Shown: positions 19,710 through 29,169 of the stretch, one piece after another
Layout of the letters: every line of letters begins with the position of its first letter
How positions within the stretch are numbered: the first letter of the stretch is position 1
Made by a program: the position numbers and the translations under genes
DNA from: Halomonas sp.
GTDB taxonomy: Bacteria > Pseudomonadota > Gammaproteobacteria > Pseudomonadales > Halomonadaceae
Reading direction: 5' to 3'
DNA: 64,000 bases
NCBI GenBank assembly: GCA_017515565.1
Contig: JAFWFN010000019.1
Coordinates: 17,785-81,784 of the forward strand
The notes under the pieces: generated by a model
Seen by the model: the letters and a program-made list of their open reading frames with translations, nothing else
What the model was told of the DNA's origin: nothing
Database searches by the model: none

Positions 19710-20528
19710 CTACCCTTTTGTCGCGGAGCTAGGCGTGGCGCGTGGCTTTACAGTGGCATCGCGTATTTCGTCGTGGTAGTTGGCAACAAAGGAGTTGAGT
19801 GTTTCTTCAATAAACGACGGCAAGCGACGTTTGGTGATCAGCGATATACCTTCAAGCACCATATTCATGGTGATGAGGCGCTCTTCGGTACGACGCTCAA
19901 GCTTAACGGCGATAGGCTTAAACACTAGGTTGGCGAGCAAGATACCGTAAAACGTGGTGAGCAAGGCAACGGCCATGCGCGGGCCAATGACCTCCAGGTC
20001 ACCCGCATCCATTACCTCAAGCATATTGACCAACCCCACCAAGGTGCCAATCATGCCAAAGGCAGGCGCATAGGTTGCCATTGTGCGGAAAATTTGTGCC
20101 TCCGCATGCTCGCGCGCTTTTAACCGTGCTATGCGCCAGCGCAGCATGTCGAAGATTTCATCCTCTTTGGTATTGGCAATCACCAGTTGAATGCCCGTGC
20201 GTAGAAACGGGTTACGGGTGTGCTCAAGCTCTTTTTCCACCGCCCGAACATCGCCTTTAAACCATAGCCGGGACATCGACACGAGTTCGTTAATGTCATC
20301 TCGAACATAGGTGTTTTCACGGCGAAACACTAAGCCTACCAAGCGCACTACCCGAAGCACTTCTTTCAGCGGGTAACTGATAAACGTAGCGGCCAGCGTG
20401 CCGGTGATGACAATCGCTAACCCAGGTAAATTAAGAAAGCTTTCTGGGGACTCTGCGGTAAAAAACAGCACGCTTACCAGCAGTAGAATGCTGGCAGATA
20501 TACCGATCAGCGTAGATGGGTTCATCAA
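19710..20528 (-). CDS. Second stator A subunit (PomA/MotP-like)
   Basis: APAFGMIGTLVGLVNML and IGPRMAVALLTTFYG closely follow PomA/MotP; four TM segments. Confidence 0.9.
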   Translation of the reverse strand: MMNPSTLIGISASILLLVSVLFFTAESPESFLNLPGLAIVITGTLAATFISYPLKEVLRVVRLVGLVFRRENTYVRDDINELVSMSRLWFKGDVRAVEKELEHTRNPFLRTGIQLVIANTKEDEIFDMLRWRIARLKAREHAEAQIFRTMATYAPAFGMIGTLVGLVNMLEVMDAGDLEVIGPRMAVALLTTFYGILLANLVFKPIAVKLERRTEERLITMNMVLEGISLITKRRLPSFIEETLNSFVANYHDEIRDATVKPRATPSSATKG

Positions 20529-20564
20529 CGGCTCCTCGCCGGGTTCAAATAAGTAAGTGAGAGA

Positions 20565-21263
20565 TTAATTGGCATCGTGCAAACGGGCGCGTAAACGGCT
20601 AACGGCCTGACTATGCAGTTGGGAGACACGGGACTCGGTAACCCCCAGCACAGCGCCCACCTCTTTTAAGTTCATCTCTTCTTGGTAGTACAGCGCCATT
20701 AACAGCTTTTCTCGCTCTGGCAGCGCCTCAATCGCTTCAATCAAGGTTTGACGTTGTTGGGCGTCCAACAACTGGTCGAAGAGCAAATTGCCAGCGCCGC
20801 TACTAGGCTCACCGCCCTCTGTCACCAGTTCTTCAAACGGCAGCAGTTGGCCGCTGTTGGTGTCATTGAGTAGCTGCTGATAGTCGCTGAGCGGCATCTC
20901 TAAATCACGCGCGATTTCCCCCTCTTCGGGAGCGCGACCTAGCTGTTGCTCCAGCCGCCGCACCGTCTCATCCATCGCCCTGGCCGAACGCCGCACGCTA
21001 CGGGGTAGCCAGTCGCGCGTGCGTAGCTCATCCATCATGGCGCCACGAATTCGCTGGCTGGCAAAGGTGGCAAATGTCGCGCCTTGGGCCGCATCAAAGC
21101 GCCCAAGGGCTTCTAATAACCCCACCATGCCCGCCTGGATAAGATCATCTAGCTCGATGCTCGCGGGCAACCTCACCTGCAGCGTTAAGGCCTGACGTCT
21201 CACCAGTGGCATGTATTGGGTTAACAGCTCACTCTGTTTGATCCTGCCTTGTGCTGTATACAT
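20565..21263 (-). CDS. fliA: Flagellar sigma factor sigma28
   Basis: DDLIQAGMVGLLEA, RIRGAMMDELRTRDWLPRSVR, LGVTESRVSQLHSQA. Confidence 0.98.
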   Translation of the reverse strand: MYTAQGRIKQSELLTQYMPLVRRQALTLQVRLPASIELDDLIQAGMVGLLEALGRFDAAQGATFATFASQRIRGAMMDELRTRDWLPRSVRRSARAMDETVRRLEQQLGRAPEEGEIARDLEMPLSDYQQLLNDTNSGQLLPFEELVTEGGEPSSGAGNLLFDQLLDAQQRQTLIEAIEALPEREKLLMALYYQEEMNLKEVGAVLGVTESRVSQLHSQAVSRLRARLHDAN

Positions 21264-21290
21264 CCTCGTGCCTCGCGGCTAAAACACTTG

Positions 21291-21740
21291 TTACTGGTAA
21301 TTCACGATGGCTTGCAGCCCCTGTACCCGCACCGGCCGTTGGCCAGGCGTTAAGGTAAAACGAAAGTACAGCGGCGCATCGGCGTGCTTTCCGGCTAATG
21401 CCATAGTGGAACCCCGCATGCTGTTAAGTGGGACGCACTGCTCAGGGTGACATAGCCAAGCATTTACTGGCGACGTAGGTGGCGCCTCATACCGCCACTG
21501 TATCCGATCGATCACTGCGTTTCCTACTTGCGCTGCGCTGGGCGCCACGATGGGGTGGCTGCGGCTGACCCTGTCGCTCATGGCGACCATGACACTGGGA
21601 ACTTGGCTGCTCCAACTGCCAGGCGCCGCCTGCACGCTACTTGCCAACCCCATCGCGATGAACGCCGCCGTAATGCTCACCGTGATCACCTTTAAAATGC
21701 TCCTGCCCTGCCTACTTTTTCGCTGCATGGGTACTCCCAA
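21291..21740 (-). CDS. flhE: Periplasmic flagellar protein FlhE
   Basis: Signal peptide; GSWS...WRY...AWLCHPEQCVPL...F.F...QAIVNYQ pattern; position after flhA/flhF. Confidence 0.82.
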   Translation of the reverse strand: MGVPMQRKSRQGRSILKVITVSITAAFIAMGLASSVQAAPGSWSSQVPSVMVAMSDRVSRSHPIVAPSAAQVGNAVIDRIQWRYEAPPTSPVNAWLCHPEQCVPLNSMRGSTMALAGKHADAPLYFRFTLTPGQRPVRVQGLQAIVNYQ

Positions 21741-21808
21741 TAACGCTACTAGATAGTGGCCAGTACTCGTCTGCCAATACCCACTTGCTTATAAGCGCTG
21801 CAACCCCC

Positions 21809-22375
21809 TTACCGGGCAAGCAACAGCAGTTCTGTGTCTAAATAACCTGCGGCAGCTTCTCGCAAGTTATCGAGTAATCCTTGGCGTGGCAAGTGGGGCT
21901 CATGCAGCGCCAAAAGGCGCTTTGGGCCTTTGTTGTCATGCACTTGTCGCAAAACTCGGTACATCGGCATAAACGCATCCGCATCGCTACTTACCCACAA
22001 CGCCCACCGCGGGTAACGCGCCACCAGTAATGGCAGATTGGCTGTAGCAGGGTCAACTAGGTGAATGTCCCAGCCATCTGGGTCGCCTGCCCAGCGGCGC
22101 CCCAACGCCGACCATTGGCTGAGGCGACTTCTTACCTTGTTAACCTGGTGCTGATGGGTGGATAAGCCCACCACCACCAGCGGCTGTTTCGGCGTGGGGG
22201 GTGCCTCTACTGTCGGCACCATGGCGGATGCAGCATAAACGGAAGCCGCTTCCTTTGAGACGGGCTCTGCGGGGACTGGCTCATCCGGCAGAGTATCTTC
22301 GGGCATTTCTCCGCGCTGCTGACGCTGTAAATCCGCCCATTTACGCAGCCCCGCTGCCTGGTCTTGGCTGCTCAT
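21809..22375 (-). CDS. FlhG/FleN-related protein lacking the ATPase P-loop
   Basis: N-terminal DQAAGLR motif; sits directly after flhF (ATGA overlap); no KGGVGKT; C-terminal half weakly resembles FlhG. Confidence 0.65.
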   Translation of the reverse strand: MSSQDQAAGLRKWADLQRQQRGEMPEDTLPDEPVPAEPVSKEAASVYAASAMVPTVEAPPTPKQPLVVVGLSTHQHQVNKVRSRLSQWSALGRRWAGDPDGWDIHLVDPATANLPLLVARYPRWALWVSSDADAFMPMYRVLRQVHDNKGPKRLLALHEPHLPRQGLLDNLREAAAGYLDTELLLLAR

Positions 22376-24546
22376 ACCATGCCCTCTCGGCTCACGCTAC
22401 CTAGCTGACGAATAGCATCGCGGGCCATAAAGGCATGCACTAATCCGTCAAGTAAGGCGGTATCGCGCCGTTTTCGCTGGGTGCCTAGCAGCAGCATCAG
22501 GTCGGTACGCAGAGCAAGAGCAGCGTCATCGTCGGCACTGTCCAAATGCCCTGCTACGGCGGCAGCGCCGCTGGCCATGAGCAGGCGTATTTCAGCACTG
22601 ACATCGCCACTGTCGGCTTCTTTAAGCTGCTGCCATGCCCGCTTGGTCAGCGCGGTGACCCCTTCGCTTTGCAGTTGGGTAGCCAGTAAAGAGAGTGCAT
22701 CAGCGCCTAATCGAGCAGGGCTTAACCAGTAGCGCCGTGCAATACGCTTAGCGCTTTCGGGGTCACGAATCTCTCCGTACCACGCCAGTAGAGCATTGCC
22801 TGACGCGTCGGTCACTTCTGCGTAGGCACTCCACAACTGCATAGGCTGCCCACGAAAACGCACGCTTATATGGTGCGTAAGCGTGCTATCAATAAATAAC
22901 TGGCGCTGGGCACAACGCGCGCCCTGGAAGTATACCCGCTGACTGGCAGGCACCAAGCTGACCCAGGTCAGGTGTTGGGCTTCCAACCATGCCAGCGCTT
23001 CGGTGTCGGGGAGTGCAGGCAGCAAATGGACGGCGATGCCGTGTGCATCACTTTGTGTTGCCAAGCGAGGCTGCCAACCGGCGGGCTGGCGATGCTGCAG
23101 GCAGGGTAGCGCCGACCATGCCCCGTTAGCATCTAGCCCAATATCTGGCATTGACCAGTCACAGCCACGCTCATTGCGGCGGGGGGACCATGCCATCCCT
23201 AGGAGGTTATCTGCCGGGGGCGTGTCAGCGAGTAAACGATCAAGCCGCCCATCCTGCACTGCGCTTGGCAGAGCGGCGATATCCCATACGGCCTCTAAGC
23301 GGGCAAAACCCGCCACTCGCTGACGCAGGCGCGTCAATACCGATGAGAGACGACGCCCTTGGCCAAGCACATCCCGAGACCAGCGGGGCAGACTTACCGG
23401 CGCGGAAGCAGGCTGGCTGGCTAACGTGGATTGGCTGTCCAGCGCCTGATCGATAAGCGCCGCGGGGTTCGCCACGGCCATATCTTCGGGCACTTGCTGA
23501 CCGTGGGAGCCAAACAGCACACGCATCCCATGGCGCATGACAATATCAAGCACCGGCGCTAAGCGTCCGGCTTCGTCCTGCTTGGTGATAATACAGTCAT
23601 CTAGCTCGGCGCCCGCCGCACGGGCGGCTTGCCGATAGCGTAGTACGACTTCTTCGAGCGTTTCCGGCTGGCTGGCAGCGTTTAATAGCAGTACTAACCG
23701 CACGGTCGATTGCCCCCCCTGCAGGTGAGCGATTTGCTCAATAACCCGCTGGTCACGCTGGCTCATGCCGACCGTATCAATGATTACCCACTGTTTACCC
23801 TGTAGCCGACCTAGCAGATCATCAATGGGCTGCTCCGCATCGAGGGCATACATCGGCGTATCGAGCAGACGCGCATATATCCGCAGTTGCTCGTGGGCGC
23901 CGATACGGAAGCTATCGGTGGTGACAAGCGCCACCGGCCGCGTACCGTGGCGCATCACAAAACGTGCCGCGAGCTTAGCGGTGGTGGTGGTTTTACCTAC
24001 GCCCGTTGGGCCCACCAGCGCGACAATGCCCGTTTGGTCAAAAAAGCTGTTTTCCTGGTTAAGCACCGGTAAGCGCGCCATCAGCTGTTCGCGCAGCCAT
24101 ACAAGCGGCTGGTCACTGTCGGCAGAGGCTAGTACCAGTGAGTCCGGCAGCCCCGCCAGCACTTCGCTGCTTAACTCATCGCTAAAACCAACGCGCGCTA
24201 GCAGTTGGCGCAGCCGCGTGGGCGTATCCGCCGCTGCAGCAGCGGCAGGTGCTTGCTGTTGGCGGGTCAGCAGCTCACGCATATCCTGCATTTCACGCAG
24301 CAAACGCTCGCTCATGGCCTGAAGGGGGTCGGAGGCAGGCAGCGAGAAAGCGGGGGGAGAGGCGGGAGGCGGCTCTGGCGTGGGGGCTGGGTCAAAATGA
24401 TCGACCGCTTCATCCGCCATCGCCAGAATCTCAACGCCGCCCTCGGTACGCCGGTTAGCAAGAATCAAGGCGTCATCGCCCAATGCCTCGCGTACTTGGC
24501 GCATCACATCACGGCTATTTGCTCCGACAAAACGTCTAACACTCAT
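22372..24546 (-). CDS. flhF: SRP-type GTPase FlhF with long C-terminal extension
   Basis: MSVRRFVGANSRDVMRQVREALGDDALIL; G1 GPTGVGKTTT; TDSFRIGAHEQL; DTVG; TKQDE; GQQVPED; then ~350 extra residues. Confidence 0.93.
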   Translation of the reverse strand: MSVRRFVGANSRDVMRQVREALGDDALILANRRTEGGVEILAMADEAVDHFDPAPTPEPPPASPPAFSLPASDPLQAMSERLLREMQDMRELLTRQQQAPAAAAAADTPTRLRQLLARVGFSDELSSEVLAGLPDSLVLASADSDQPLVWLREQLMARLPVLNQENSFFDQTGIVALVGPTGVGKTTTTAKLAARFVMRHGTRPVALVTTDSFRIGAHEQLRIYARLLDTPMYALDAEQPIDDLLGRLQGKQWVIIDTVGMSQRDQRVIEQIAHLQGGQSTVRLVLLLNAASQPETLEEVVLRYRQAARAAGAELDDCIITKQDEAGRLAPVLDIVMRHGMRVLFGSHGQQVPEDMAVANPAALIDQALDSQSTLASQPASAPVSLPRWSRDVLGQGRRLSSVLTRLRQRVAGFARLEAVWDIAALPSAVQDGRLDRLLADTPPADNLLGMAWSPRRNERGCDWSMPDIGLDANGAWSALPCLQHRQPAGWQPRLATQSDAHGIAVHLLPALPDTEALAWLEAQHLTWVSLVPASQRVYFQGARCAQRQLFIDSTLTHHISVRFRGQPMQLWSAYAEVTDASGNALLAWYGEIRDPESAKRIARRYWLSPARLGADALSLLATQLQSEGVTALTKRAWQQLKEADSGDVSAEIRLLMASGAAAVAGHLDSADDDAALALRTDLMLLLGTQRKRRDTALLDGLVHAFMARDAIRQLGSVSREGMV

Positions 24547-24614
24547 GCTTTACCTTTTGCCTCTGCTTGAATGGCTGCCACTGTTTTATCGGCGTTTATG
24601 CCTATCTCCGCTGA

Positions 24615-26696
24615 CTAGCGCCCACCCACTACGGTGGTCACCCGCAGCGTACGGTCATCTGGCACTTCGGCCTGAGACATCACCACCATATGACGCATGC
24701 GTCGGCGCAGGAAGCGCGACAACACAGCACGTAATGAATGCTGCACCACCAGCACTGGGGCTTCCCCACTGGCTTCGTGCTGTTCTAGCGCTTGCTGTGC
24801 CTGATTCATCAGGGTGTCTGCTAAGCCTGGCTCCATGGCGCCGTTGCCGTTCATCGCCTGAATCAGCACTTGCTCTAGCTGGGCATCCAGCCCCATCACG
24901 TTAAGCGTTTCTTGCCCGGCAAACCATTGCTGAGTGATGGCGCGGCCCAGCGCAATGCGCACTAGCGCAGTGAGCTCATTAGGATCTTTCTGCTGCCCAG
25001 CGAACTCCGCCAGGGTATCCAGCACAGTGCGCATATCGCGAATAGAAACATCTTCATCCAGCAGGTTCTGCAGGATGCGCTGAAGCACCGTCAGGGAGAT
25101 CGCTTTTGGCACGACTTCTTCCACCAGCGATTTTTGATCATCACCGAGCTTATCCAGCAGTTTTTGCACTTCCTGGCGACCGAGCATTTCCGGCGAGTGG
25201 CGGTGCAACAGGTGATTTAAATGGGTGGCAATGACCGTACTCGCATCCACCACCGTATAGCCATACACCTGGGCGTGTTCACGCTGACTGGCATCAATCC
25301 AGATAGCCGGGAGGCCAAAGGCGGGCTCTTGAGTGGGCGTACCCTGTAGTTCGCCAGATACCTGCCCTGGGTCGATAGCCAGCCACTTGCCTGGCTGTGC
25401 CTCGGCACGTCCAATCTCCGCGCCCTTCATCGACAGTACGTAGGTGTTGGGGGAAAGCTCCAAGTTATCGCGGATATGCACAACAGGGGGCAGAAAGCCG
25501 ACCTCCTGAGCAAACTTTTTGCGCACGCTTTTAATCCGGCCCAACAGCTCACCTTTCTGGCGCGAATCCACTAGCGGGATTAAGCGATGTCCGACTTCGA
25601 GACCCAAGGTATCCACTAACTGGACATCTTCCCAACTCGCTTCCGGAGTTTCTTGAAGTGGTGGAGGGGCCGCAGCAATCTCCTCCTTGACCAGCGCCCG
25701 GTCTTTTTGACGGATCAACAGCCATGCAAGCCCGGCAAGCAGCGCCGTAAAAATCAGGAAAACCAGATTGGGCATGCCGGGCACCATGCCCAATAGCCCC
25801 ATAACGATGGCGGCTAAAATCATAACCTGGGGGTTAACGAACAGCTGGCTGATCATTTGCTGACCAACGTCCTGATCGGTATTTACCCGCGACACCGTGA
25901 CACCCGCTGCGGTTGAGATCACCAGTGCCGGAATCTGGGCGACCAAGCCATCCCCAATGGTTAATAGTGTGTAGGTACGGGCAGCATCACCGAAGTCCAT
26001 GCCATGCTGCATCATGCCAATCAGCAGGCCGCCGATAATATTAACCACCATAATAACCAAACCGGCCATGGCGTCGCCGCGTACAAACTTACTGGCGCCA
26101 TCCATTGAGCCGTAAAAATCGGCTTCTTGGGCGACTTCTGCACGACGCTTTTTAGCGTCCTCTTCACCAATTAACCCAGCGTTTAAGTCTGCATCAATGG
26201 CCATCTGCTTGCCGGGCATGGCGTCCAGCATAAAGCGGGCGCCAACTTCGGCAATCCGCCCAGCGCCCTTGGTAATAACCATGAAGTTGATAATAACCAA
26301 AATCAGGAAGACCACTAGGCCAACCGCAAAGTTGCCGCCTACCAGAAAGGTGCCGAACGCTTCGATAACTTTACCAGCGGCATCGCCCCCTTGATGCCCT
26401 TCCATGAGTACCACCCGGGTGGAGGCAACATTGAGCGATAGTCGCAGCAAAGTGGTGAACAGCAGCACCGCTGGAAACGCCGCAAAGTCCAGCGGCTTTT
26501 GCGCAAACATGCTGACCAACAGCACCATAATGGCCAGGGCAATATTGAAGGTGAAAAGCAAATCCAGCGCGAAGGGCGGCAAGGGCAGAATCATCATGCC
26601 CAAAATCATTAGAATCAGCAGCGGCCCAGCGAGCAGCTTCATGCGCACATCGCCCATCCAATCGCGCTGATTGATCAACTGGCCTAAGCCCTTCAT
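24615..26696 (-). CDS. flhA: Flagellar export gate protein FlhA
   Basis: RIAEVGARFMLDAMPGKQMAIDADL, FYGSMDGASKFVRGDA. Confidence 0.99.
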   Translation of the reverse strand: MKGLGQLINQRDWMGDVRMKLLAGPLLILMILGMMILPLPPFALDLLFTFNIALAIMVLLVSMFAQKPLDFAAFPAVLLFTTLLRLSLNVASTRVVLMEGHQGGDAAGKVIEAFGTFLVGGNFAVGLVVFLILVIINFMVITKGAGRIAEVGARFMLDAMPGKQMAIDADLNAGLIGEEDAKKRRAEVAQEADFYGSMDGASKFVRGDAMAGLVIMVVNIIGGLLIGMMQHGMDFGDAARTYTLLTIGDGLVAQIPALVISTAAGVTVSRVNTDQDVGQQMISQLFVNPQVMILAAIVMGLLGMVPGMPNLVFLIFTALLAGLAWLLIRQKDRALVKEEIAAAPPPLQETPEASWEDVQLVDTLGLEVGHRLIPLVDSRQKGELLGRIKSVRKKFAQEVGFLPPVVHIRDNLELSPNTYVLSMKGAEIGRAEAQPGKWLAIDPGQVSGELQGTPTQEPAFGLPAIWIDASQREHAQVYGYTVVDASTVIATHLNHLLHRHSPEMLGRQEVQKLLDKLGDDQKSLVEEVVPKAISLTVLQRILQNLLDEDVSIRDMRTVLDTLAEFAGQQKDPNELTALVRIALGRAITQQWFAGQETLNVMGLDAQLEQVLIQAMNGNGAMEPGLADTLMNQAQQALEQHEASGEAPVLVVQHSLRAVLSRFLRRRMRHMVVMSQAEVPDDRTLRVTTVVGGR

Positions 26697-27859
26697 GACT
26701 GCGCCTCACTGCCACCGGCATTGGGGCCGGGACTATCCATTTCCGGAGGAACCGGCAAATTATCAGGGGTGGGGGGCACCTCGCCTCCTTGTTGTGCAAC
26801 ATGCTTTAGGCGGTACGCCCAGGCCATCACTTCCGCCACAGCGGTATACAGTTCCGCAGGCACTTCGGCCTCTAAGTCCACGTGATGATACAGGGCGCGG
26901 GCCAAGGGCGCTGCCTCCAATCGTGGCACGCCCGCTTCTAAACCAATTTCACGGATACGTGCCGCCACCGCATCGGCCCCTTTGGCGACTAGCCGAGGCG
27001 CGCCCATACTGCCTTCCTGATACCTGAGCGCAATCGCATAGTGGGTAGGGTTGGTAATAATAACGTCAGCATCCGGTACTTTGCTCATCATGCGGCCACG
27101 CGCCATCGCCTGCTGTTGCTGACGAATGCGGCCTTTTACATGGGGGTCGCCCTCTGACTCTTTATGCTCTCGCTTTACCTCTTCCTTGCTCATGCGCAGC
27201 TTTTTAGCATTGCTCCACAGCTGGAAAGGCACATCGATGAGGATGACCACAATCAGCGATAACACAATTAACCCAGCGGCTAACGCGGCCATATTTAGTG
27301 CAGTGACCAGCGCCTGCTGAATAGGCAGATCCATCAGCCCCATAAACGTGCCGATATTAACGTACAAAAAGGTTGCCGCGACGCTCCCCACCAGCACCGA
27401 TTTAGCAATCGCTTTGGCTAGCTCCACCAGTGCCTGAGGCCCGAATATGCGCTTCACCCCTTTAACAGGGTTGAGCTTTGAAAGCTTTGGCTGCATTGAT
27501 TTTGCCGATACCAGCCACCCCCCCAGCAGCGCAGGTGCCACCAACGCCACCACCACGAGGAGTACAAACAGCGGAATCATGGCAAACAGCGTGCGCTGGC
27601 CAAGATCCAGGGCATTCACCAACATGGGAGTGCTTTCCATTACTTGGCGTCGCTCAAACAGGAATGCCCTCTCCATAACCATTCCCAACTGGTCATAGAG
27701 CATCTGCCCCATGCTCCAAAGCCCTATCACGCCCCCCAGTAGCAGCATAAAAGTGGTCAGCTCTCGGGAGCGGGGAACCTGACCCTCTTCGCGCGCTTTA
27801 TCCAAGCGTCTGGGGGTGGCCTCTTCGGTTTTTTCCTGGTCGCTGTCGTTGTCTGCCAT
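26693..27859 (-). CDS. flhB: Flagellar export switch protein FlhB
   Basis: EKTEEATPRRL; autocleavage motif ITNPTHYAIAL. Confidence 0.99.
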   Translation of the reverse strand: MADNDSDQEKTEEATPRRLDKAREEGQVPRSRELTTFMLLLGGVIGLWSMGQMLYDQLGMVMERAFLFERRQVMESTPMLVNALDLGQRTLFAMIPLFVLLVVVALVAPALLGGWLVSAKSMQPKLSKLNPVKGVKRIFGPQALVELAKAIAKSVLVGSVAATFLYVNIGTFMGLMDLPIQQALVTALNMAALAAGLIVLSLIVVILIDVPFQLWSNAKKLRMSKEEVKREHKESEGDPHVKGRIRQQQQAMARGRMMSKVPDADVIITNPTHYAIALRYQEGSMGAPRLVAKGADAVAARIREIGLEAGVPRLEAAPLARALYHHVDLEAEVPAELYTAVAEVMAWAYRLKHVAQQGGEVPPTPDNLPVPPEMDSPGPNAGGSEAQS

Positions 27860-27896
27860 GCTGCTATCCGGCCGGTCGTACGCGGCTCACCATGAA

Positions 27897-27922
27897 TTCA
27901 GCCGCCCTAGTGGGCGGCTGAA
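27897..27922. terminator. GC-rich hairpin between cheZ and flhB
   Basis: TTCAGCCGCCC-TAGT-GGGCGGCTGAA, perfect 11-bp stem; weak U-tract on the coding strand, so it may be a stabiliser rather than a terminator. Confidence 0.5.
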
Positions 27923-27976
27923 CAAAAAGCCTATAGTGCCAGATGCGGCTTGTTACAATGTCTTAATAACAACGCA

Positions 27977-28672
27977 TTAAAAGCCTAATTCATCCAATAA
28001 GTCGTCTACCTGATCTTGGCCCGTTACGGTATCCGGTGCATTCTCCTTCACTTGAGGACCATTGAGCAGGTCTTCTTTACGACGTTCGTTCTCGTTTTTC
28101 CACTGATCTTCGGCCTTGCGCTGCATGCTTTCCCGCGCCTGCGCGCCCGGCACGTTATCAATCAGCACCTGTACGAGCTGATGTTCGATCTCACGAATCA
28201 CATCCATCATCTTCTTGATGACTTGGCCTGTCAGATCCTGAAAATCTTGCGCCATCATGATTTCCAGCAGCTCTTTATTGGTAGCTGCGGCCATAGTGGG
28301 CACATCACTTAAATAGGTGCGGGTCTCTTTAACCAAGGCTTTAGCATCATCTAGCTCTTGAGGCGCTTCAAACCATGCTTCCCAACGCTTATCCAGCGCT
28401 TCAGCACGGTCAGACAGCTGATCCTGAAGCGGCTGTGCCCGGTCAATAGCGTTTAACGCACGATCAGCGGCCTGCTCCGTCATGGTCGCAACATAGTGCA
28501 AGCGGTCACGAGCGTCAGGAATCGCTTCCGCTGCTTTTTCGATCTCTTTATCTAACCCCAACTCACGCATGTTTTCGCGCAGCATGCGGGTAAGCTTACC
28601 AATGCGATGGATAAGCTCTTCAGCGGCTTCATCGGGCAGTTGGGCAGTGTTTCCCTGCTCATTCTGGCTCAT
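27977..28672 (-). CDS. cheZ: CheY-P phosphatase CheZ
   Basis: IMMAQDFQDLTGQVIKK; C-terminal QDQVDDLLDELGF. Confidence 0.97.
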   Translation of the reverse strand: MSQNEQGNTAQLPDEAAEELIHRIGKLTRMLRENMRELGLDKEIEKAAEAIPDARDRLHYVATMTEQAADRALNAIDRAQPLQDQLSDRAEALDKRWEAWFEAPQELDDAKALVKETRTYLSDVPTMAAATNKELLEIMMAQDFQDLTGQVIKKMMDVIREIEHQLVQVLIDNVPGAQARESMQRKAEDQWKNENERRKEDLLNGPQVKENAPDTVTGQDQVDDLLDELGF

Positions 28673-28715
28673 TATGATGTCTCCTTGCTAACCGAGCCAC
28701 AAAGGCTCAGCCGCT

Positions 28716-29105
28716 TCATTTACCCATCTTGTCGAAGATTTTATTTAGCTTTTCTTCTAGGGTAGCAGCAGTGAACGGCTTAACGACGTAGCCGTTAGCA
28801 CCTGCTTGGGCGGCCGCGATAATGTTCTCTTTCTTCGCCTCAGCGGTCACCATCAGCACTGGCAGGTCTTTGAGCGCATCATCCTGGCGGATCTCTTTTA
28901 GCATCTCTAATCCATCCAGATTGGGCATATTCCAATCCGAGACAACGAACTCAAAATTGCCGGCCCGCAACTTATTTAGCGCATCTTGGCCATCTTCCGC
29001 CTCATCCACATTGGTAAAGCCCAGCTCTTTTAACAGGCTGCGGACGATCCGACGCATCGTAGGAAAATCGTCAACTACCAGAAAACTCATGTTCTTATCG
29101 GCCAT
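28716..29105 (-). CDS. cheY: Chemotaxis response regulator CheY
   Basis: [32 protein letters not shown]. Confidence 0.99.
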   Translation of the reverse strand: MADKNMSFLVVDDFPTMRRIVRSLLKELGFTNVDEAEDGQDALNKLRAGNFEFVVSDWNMPNLDGLEMLKEIRQDDALKDLPVLMVTAEAKKENIIAAAQAGANGYVVKPFTAATLEEKLNKIFDKMGK

Positions 29106-29138
29106 TGGTCATCCTCTCATCAAACACATGGGTTAGGG

Positions 29139-29156
29139 TGACTGGACACCCAGTCA
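29139..29156. other. Small hairpin between the MCP gene and cheY
   Basis: TGACTGG-ACAC-CCAGTCA. Confidence 0.4.
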
Positions 29157-29169
29157 GGGTTTATTACGG

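Noticed and set aside
29095-29102. GCCGATAA at the cheY start (also at 5434, 8101, 14275, 58474)
   Set aside because: Coding sequence (Ala-Asp-Lys/Asn or its reverse complement) with no -35 at 11-bp spacing.
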